Virus record (IMG/VR): IMGVR_UViG_3300025267_003074
Span: 1 to 28,018 of that record
Reading direction: 5' to 3' (one strand)
DNA length: 28,018 nucleotides
Source of the DNA: a virus
Taxonomy: Duplodnaviria; Caudoviricetes
Under the pieces are notes generated by a model. That model was not told the DNA's origin. It saw only the letters and a program-made list of their open reading frames with translations, and searched no databases. This document shows positions 23,862 through 28,018 of the stretch, in pieces (position 1 is the stretch's first letter; every line of letters starts with the position of its first letter). The position numbers were made by a program, and so were the translations under genes.

Positions 23862-25590
23862 ATTCTATCCTTACATTATTTACTGTTAACTTTACATTAA
23901 GGTCTTCTCTTTCCCTGTTAGCCTCACACCTTAAGTGAAGTAATTCTATTAATCCTGTCGTTCTAGACTTTCTAGGGATCAATGACAAGATCTTGTTAGC
24001 ATTGTAAGCTGTTCTAAAAGATCCTTTAGAAGAGGCTATATTTAAGCCTTCTCTCATGGCTGTCTTATTGATCTCACTTACTGCTATTACTACTATGTTT
24101 TGCTTTACGGCCAGTTCCATTAAGGCTTTTGATGCCTCTTCTACCCTCATATTAGGGTCTTTTATGCTACTTTCAAAGAGTCCCATATGATCTACAACTA
24201 CTAGTCTAGGTTTAAAAGGAAGTGCCATCACAGTTCTTTCTAAATCTCTAGCAGGTATAGATGCAAAGTTAACTTGAAGCCACTTAAACTGTTGATCTTG
24301 TCCGTTCTGTAAAGATCGATAGTGTTGTTTAAGCTCTTCTTCAGTCCACCCATTCTCCATCATTACAAAACGTGACCATATTTGCCTAGGTGACATCTCC
24401 ATTTCTAGAAAGTAAGTAGGTACCTTAAAGCTGGTCATCCAATTCTGTAACAGCATAGTCTTCATAGACTTTGGAGGTGCTTGTAATATAACTACTTCGC
24501 CTGGATATATTGGAAAGTCTTTTCCGTATAAGTTCCCGATATTTAAGGGAGTTACGTCACTTTTGTAGAACTCTATTAAGTTGTTCTCCATAGCTTCAGC
24601 ATCCATAACATCCTGACTCTTTTTAGTGCGAAAGAGACGGCAAGTATTCTTGCAATGCTCATCCATAACAGGATCACTACAGCCATAGCGGTTCCCATCA
24701 CCGCCATGTCCACTGTATGTAGATTCTATTATTTTCTGCATCTCTATCTCACTGAAAAGGTTATTAGGGCTACTTACTTGCTTTCTCCAGTGCTCCATCA
24801 TAGTGATTACAAGTTCTTCTGGGTAGCGCCATCTAAACCAAGCAGCTAATCTTAAAGCTACTACATGTCTTTTACCTACAGGTATTGAATTAACCATACT
24901 AGAGATACAAGGATACATAGTTGGATCAGCTGATCTACCTTTAGATATCTCAACTTGAGATGCTTTCTTTCTAGGTGTCTTAGGCATTACGTCAAATACT
25001 GGTAAGCATTCCATAGTCATATTTACAGGTTCATGTGGCTTCTTAGCATAATCTATGATTTCTTCACATGATGATTCTAGGAGGCCATTTTCTAAATGGA
25101 CCTTATATAAGCCTGACTTAGAATTCTTCGTATTTGGTACCCTTATGAGCCTTAGTTTATCTGTTACTGCTGGATCAGCATACTTAAAGACATCTTGCTT
25201 TGTAAGCTCTTGCTTTACTCTAGCATGTAATTCTGGAAAAGGTTCATAAGCAAAAGCAGTACTAGGGATATGGAAGTGAAATCCAGTACCACTAAAATAT
25301 GCTTTTAAGGGAACACCTTTATTTTCTAACAACTTCTTTAATGCTATAGCCTTAATCTGGGCATCATCTATATTAGCTCCATCAATATCTAATATGAACT
25401 CTTCTGGTATATAGATATCACCATCATATCCTGCTAACTTTCTATTCTTAGCAAAGTAATCTACCACATAGTCATCATACTCATATAAAGACATATAAGT
25501 ATCATGATCTAGGGGTGTCCATTTGATAATATTAGCTGGATCTTCAAAGTAATGACGCCTAGATAGGCTTAATGCGAATTCTCGCTTCAT
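23839..25590 (-). CDS. Primase-helicase: archaeo-eukaryotic primase + PriL-like Cys cluster + SF4/DnaB-like helicase domain
   Basis: AEP motifs ILDID, FSGTGFH and DKLRLIRVPNTKN. Four Cys in YPCI...YGC...HCKNTC. Helicase motifs GEVVILQAPPKSMKT, FLEMEMS, LVVVDHMGL and AVSEINK. SD GGAG. Confidence 0.85.
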   Translation of the reverse strand: MKREFALSLSRRHYFEDPANIIKWTPLDHDTYMSLYEYDDYVVDYFAKNRKLAGYDGDIYIPEEFILDIDGANIDDAQIKAIALKKLLENKGVPLKAYFSGTGFHFHIPSTAFAYEPFPELHARVKQELTKQDVFKYADPAVTDKLRLIRVPNTKNSKSGLYKVHLENGLLESSCEEIIDYAKKPHEPVNMTMECLPVFDVMPKTPRKKASQVEISKGRSADPTMYPCISSMVNSIPVGKRHVVALRLAAWFRWRYPEELVITMMEHWRKQVSSPNNLFSEIEMQKIIESTYSGHGGDGNRYGCSDPVMDEHCKNTCRLFRTKKSQDVMDAEAMENNLIEFYKSDVTPLNIGNLYGKDFPIYPGEVVILQAPPKSMKTMLLQNWMTSFKVPTYFLEMEMSPRQIWSRFVMMENGWTEEELKQHYRSLQNGQDQQFKWLQVNFASIPARDLERTVMALPFKPRLVVVDHMGLFESSIKDPNMRVEEASKALMELAVKQNIVVIAVSEINKTAMREGLNIASSKGSFRTAYNANKILSLIPRKSRTTGLIELLHLRCEANREREDLNVKLTVNNVRIEYDPLENV

Positions 25591-25739
25591 AATTTATCTC
25601 CGCATTTACAGTTATCTTCCAGTTCATTGCAAGTAGTGCAGACCCTTCCATCAAGGATCTCTTGACACCAAGCACAAACAATTCCATCTTTTGTAGGTTT
25701 ATTACACTCTATACAATGATCTGGAAGTGGATTATACAA
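25587..25739 (-). CDS. Cys-rich 50-aa mini-protein (not in ORF track)
   Basis: TTG start, (M)YNPLPDHCIECNKPTKDGIVCAWCQEILDGRVCTTCNELEDNCKCGDKL. It fills the gap exactly and ends in an ATGA overlap with the primase start. Confidence 0.6.
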   Translation of the reverse strand: MYNPLPDHCIECNKPTKDGIVCAWCQEILDGRVCTTCNELEDNCKCGDKL

Positions 25740-26133
25740 AATCTACCAATGCTTTAGTAAGCTCTCTTATAGCAGGCTTAGAAATATATACTGCTGTATG
25801 AGTATCATTTCCTGTTATAGCTATACCGGTAGCATTAGTAGTAATACTAAAAGTCTTACTTGGCTCTTTAGTATAAGTTCTAGGAAGTTTTATTTGCTTT
25901 ATTGGAACTTTTTTCTCTTTATCATGTGGCAATGGAATGTTAGCTGGCTCATCTATAACTAGATCTTTAAGTAGATTAGCCGTAGCTTTCTCTCTGTAAG
26001 TAGTATTCTTTATTACACCATCTTCACATATATGCATTAAGTCATTTTCATCAAATAACTTATACTTACCTTCTGGATATTTCCAATGTAAGTTATCTGT
26101 ACCGCAGCCTCTATTACAGGTTACTAATTTCAT
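25732..26133 (-). CDS. Hypothetical protein with N-terminal zinc-ribbon-like motif
   Basis: 133 aa with CNRGC...HIC, SD AAGGAG and an ATGA overlap. Confidence 0.7.
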   Translation of the reverse strand: MKLVTCNRGCGTDNLHWKYPEGKYKLFDENDLMHICEDGVIKNTTYREKATANLLKDLVIDEPANIPLPHDKEKKVPIKQIKLPRTYTKEPSKTFSITTNATGIAITGNDTHTAVYISKPAIRELTKALVDFV

Positions 26134-26342
26134 TTACTCTCCTTTACTTTCTTTAAAGTAAAATAATCTGCATCTGCATCAGAGATAGTAGCCACATAAT
26201 CCAGCTCTTTGATTAATTCAAATAGCAGACTTTCTATGTTGTCCTGTCTCTCCTGCAGCCTCTTTATATGTTTACGGGTAGTCCTTTGCGTACCATAGTC
26301 ATAATGTCTTGACCACTTCCAGGGTTTTAACCAACTACTCAT
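26130..26342 (-). CDS. Hypothetical protein
   Basis: 70 aa with SD AAGGAG, coupled to both neighbours. Confidence 0.7.
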   Translation of the reverse strand: MSSWLKPWKWSRHYDYGTQRTTRKHIKRLQERQDNIESLLFELIKELDYVATISDADADYFTLKKVKESK

Positions 26343-26514
26343 TGTCTTTCTCCTTATACCAATATGATGTTACTGCACCTTGTTTTGAATATCCATTAGA
26401 AGTGTATGCTTCTACTTCTTTAATAGCATAATTTGCCATCATGCTTGATACTCCTATAAGTATAATAGTTAAACACACCCAAAATATTGCATATAGTTTG
26501 TCTTCACTATTCAT
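26335..26514 (-). CDS. Small membrane protein (59 aa, not in ORF track)
   Basis: MNSEDKLYAIFWVCLTIILIGVSSMMANYAIKEVEAY... has one hydrophobic helix. SD AAGGAG and an ATGA overlap. Confidence 0.7.
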   Translation of the reverse strand: MNSEDKLYAIFWVCLTIILIGVSSMMANYAIKEVEAYTSNGYSKQGAVTSYWYKEKDNE

Positions 26515-26654
26515 TCTTTCTCCTTATATTGATTACATACCTCTTCAAGCATTTTATTTACTGCATAGGTAAGCAGAGGTCTAACGTACCTTTCAGGGAG
26601 CCGTATATTGCAACTGCCATCATTATTCTCTATTACTTCTATTTCTTCTTGCAT
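26511..26654 (-). CDS. Hypothetical protein (47 aa, not in ORF track)
   Basis: MQEEIEVIENNDGSCNIRLPERYVRPLLTYAVNKMLEEVCNQYKEKE, with SD AAAGGAG. Confidence 0.7.
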   Translation of the reverse strand: MQEEIEVIENNDGSCNIRLPERYVRPLLTYAVNKMLEEVCNQYKEKE

Positions 26655-27118
26655 TTCTCTCCTTTCAACTTATTGAGTTCTTTTTCTAACTGCTGAATAG
26701 CCAATCCATTCGCAGAAGTTATCGTATTTAGTAACTTAACTGATCCAAGTAGTTCTTTGACACTTTCATGCGTATCCTTGCCAAGGTGAGCTAACCGCTC
26801 TACTATATTTTTCCATTCACTGTTATCTTTCTTTTGGTAATCCTCTACAAGCCCATCAATAACATCTTTCAGCTCACTAAAATCCACCTTAAAGTCTGGT
26901 TCTCCGCAACAGCCATCACAGCCGTGAGTGCTATAAGCCTTCATCCAGTCTTTACCTTGACTGTTAATACTTAGAAAGTCAGCATTAGGATGTCCAACAC
27001 CGTGCTTACAAGTATCCTCAACCAGTCCATTTATACGGGTAACTTGTCCAACTGCCCAGTTAGGTGCAGGATATTTCGTTACTGTTTGTGGCTCATTCAC
27101 CTTCTTTTTGTGGCTCAT
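26639..27118 (-). CDS. Hypothetical protein with Cys/His metal-binding motif and C-terminal coiled coil
   Basis: CKHGVGHP...HGCDGCC. I moved the start to ATG 27118, which has a GGAG SD and an ATGA overlap. Confidence 0.7.
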   Translation of the reverse strand: MSHKKKVNEPQTVTKYPAPNWAVGQVTRINGLVEDTCKHGVGHPNADFLSINSQGKDWMKAYSTHGCDGCCGEPDFKVDFSELKDVIDGLVEDYQKKDNSEWKNIVERLAHLGKDTHESVKELLGSVKLLNTITSANGLAIQQLEKELNKLKGEKCKKK

Positions 27119-27276
27119 TCTTCTCTCCAATCATCAAACCCCTTGGCAATACTATCTATTTCATTTTCTTTATATCCATTCTGGAGCAGATGTCTTGATA
27201 GATACCTATTTTCAAGGGCAAGCATATCCCTCTCTTCAATTAGGCCTTCTATTTCTTCTATGCTAAGTGTTCTCAT
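27115..27276 (-). CDS. Hypothetical protein (53 aa, not in ORF track)
   Basis: MRTLSIEEIEGLIEERDMLALENRYLSRHLLQNGYKENEIDSIAKGFDDWREE, with SD GGGAG and a TAATG overlap. Confidence 0.7.
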   Translation of the reverse strand: MRTLSIEEIEGLIEERDMLALENRYLSRHLLQNGYKENEIDSIAKGFDDWREE

Positions 27277-27605
27277 TATTTCTCCCTTAAGCCGTATAAA
27301 TCATTAACTATTTCATTTGCTATACTTGCAATAGTTCTGGAAAATCCCTTTGCATTAAGTAACTTCGTTTCTATCATATCAACAGCATATTCAATGCCCT
27401 TTAAAGAAGATATGTCTTTGCCAACAATATCTCCTATCTTGGTGATACAGTTCTTTCTCCCATCCCATACAAGCCATATTCCATCAACAGGGAAACCTTT
27501 GAACTTTTCCCCAACCTCTTCATATCTACCACTTGGTTTTTTACGGTAAACTTTTCGACTGTTTTCCAAGTCTGTTATATAATCTATATCTCTGTCTATT
27601 GTCAT
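27276..27605 (-). CDS. Hypothetical protein
   Basis: 109 aa with SD AAGGAG and an ATGA overlap. Confidence 0.7.
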   Translation of the reverse strand: MTIDRDIDYITDLENSRKVYRKKPSGRYEEVGEKFKGFPVDGIWLVWDGRKNCITKIGDIVGKDISSLKGIEYAVDMIETKLLNAKGFSRTIASIANEIVNDLYGLREK

Positions 27606-27850
27606 TCTTTCTCCTTCTGGTTAGTTTCACTACCCACTTCTTTTTTCTTTACAATTTTCAAGTGTCTTGTAACTTCTTTAACCTCTAAGCCTAAGTATTC
27701 TATGAGGGCTGTATGCTCATCTTCTATTCTTTTTAGGTCTGTTAATATTGGATACCATTCACCTCCCCCCAGTACAACTCTACGCTCTATGAGTCCACAT
27801 CTTTCTAAACTCTCAATTAGTTCATTAAGTCTTCTACCTGTTTCACCCAT
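27602..27850 (-). CDS. Hypothetical protein
   Basis: I moved the start to MGETGRR at 27850, which has a GAGGAG SD and a TAATG overlap with the upstream ORF. Confidence 0.7.
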   Translation of the reverse strand: MGETGRRLNELIESLERCGLIERRVVLGGGEWYPILTDLKRIEDEHTALIEYLGLEVKEVTRHLKIVKKKEVGSETNQKEKE

Positions 27851-27990
27851 TATTCTTTCTCCTCTATATGAAATGTAGCATTTAACCATGACATTCTTGT
27901 TACCCTATATAAAAAAGCGTCCATATCTTCGTCTGCTTCAGGGCATAATGCTGACCCCTCAGTGTGCCACCATATTTCAAAGTCTTTCAT
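27850..27990 (-). CDS. Hypothetical protein (46 aa, not in ORF track)
   Basis: MKDFEIWWHTEGSALCPEADEDMDAFLYRVTRMSWLNATFHIEEKE, with SD AAGGA. Confidence 0.65.
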   Translation of the reverse strand: MKDFEIWWHTEGSALCPEADEDMDAFLYRVTRMSWLNATFHIEEKE

Positions 27991-28018
27991 TCTTTCCTTC
28001 TCTCTCTCATTAGCCCAA

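Noticed and set aside
23413-27307. Plus-strand ORFs 23413-23640, 24655-24849, 25055-25249, 26487-26696 and 26990-27307
   Set aside because: They are antisense to a tightly packed, SD-led, translationally coupled minus-strand gene array.
1-28018. Stop-codon reassignment as in some crAss-like phages; tRNA or rRNA genes
   Set aside because: Very long ORFs are intact under the standard code, and TAA, TAG and TGA all end genes at coupled junctions. There is almost no intergenic space and I recognised no tRNA-like sequence.

Overview
This AT-rich window comes from a tailed-phage genome and has two convergent blocks. The plus strand (1-22224) is a virion module. It holds a 5'-truncated >1900-aa tail fibre/spike with GNVGIGT repeats and a C-terminal S74 autocleaving chaperone, then six almost cysteine-free proteins that look like ejected core proteins. 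One of these is a 2849-aa protein carrying a single-chain double-psi-beta-barrel RNA polymerase (RxP...DWDGD), as in crAss-like phage virion RNAPs. The minus strand (22229-28018) holds replication/early genes: a Holliday-junction-resolvase-like nuclease, an Nmad1-like protein, an AEP primase-PriL-like-SF4 helicase fusion and many small translationally coupled ORFs. The standout is ORF 7774-9090, which encodes a circularly permuted intein/Hint domain. The large C-terminal part of the Hint (ending ...LVHN) is at the protein's N-terminus and the first 13 Hint residues (CFSGDTWIEVYNG) are at its extreme C-terminus, flanking a 310-aa passenger. This is the IntC-cargo-IntN layout used in engineered protein cyclization, so it suggests natural cyclization or head-to-tail polymerization of a virion protein. 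All calls come from motif recognition by eye; no database searches were run.
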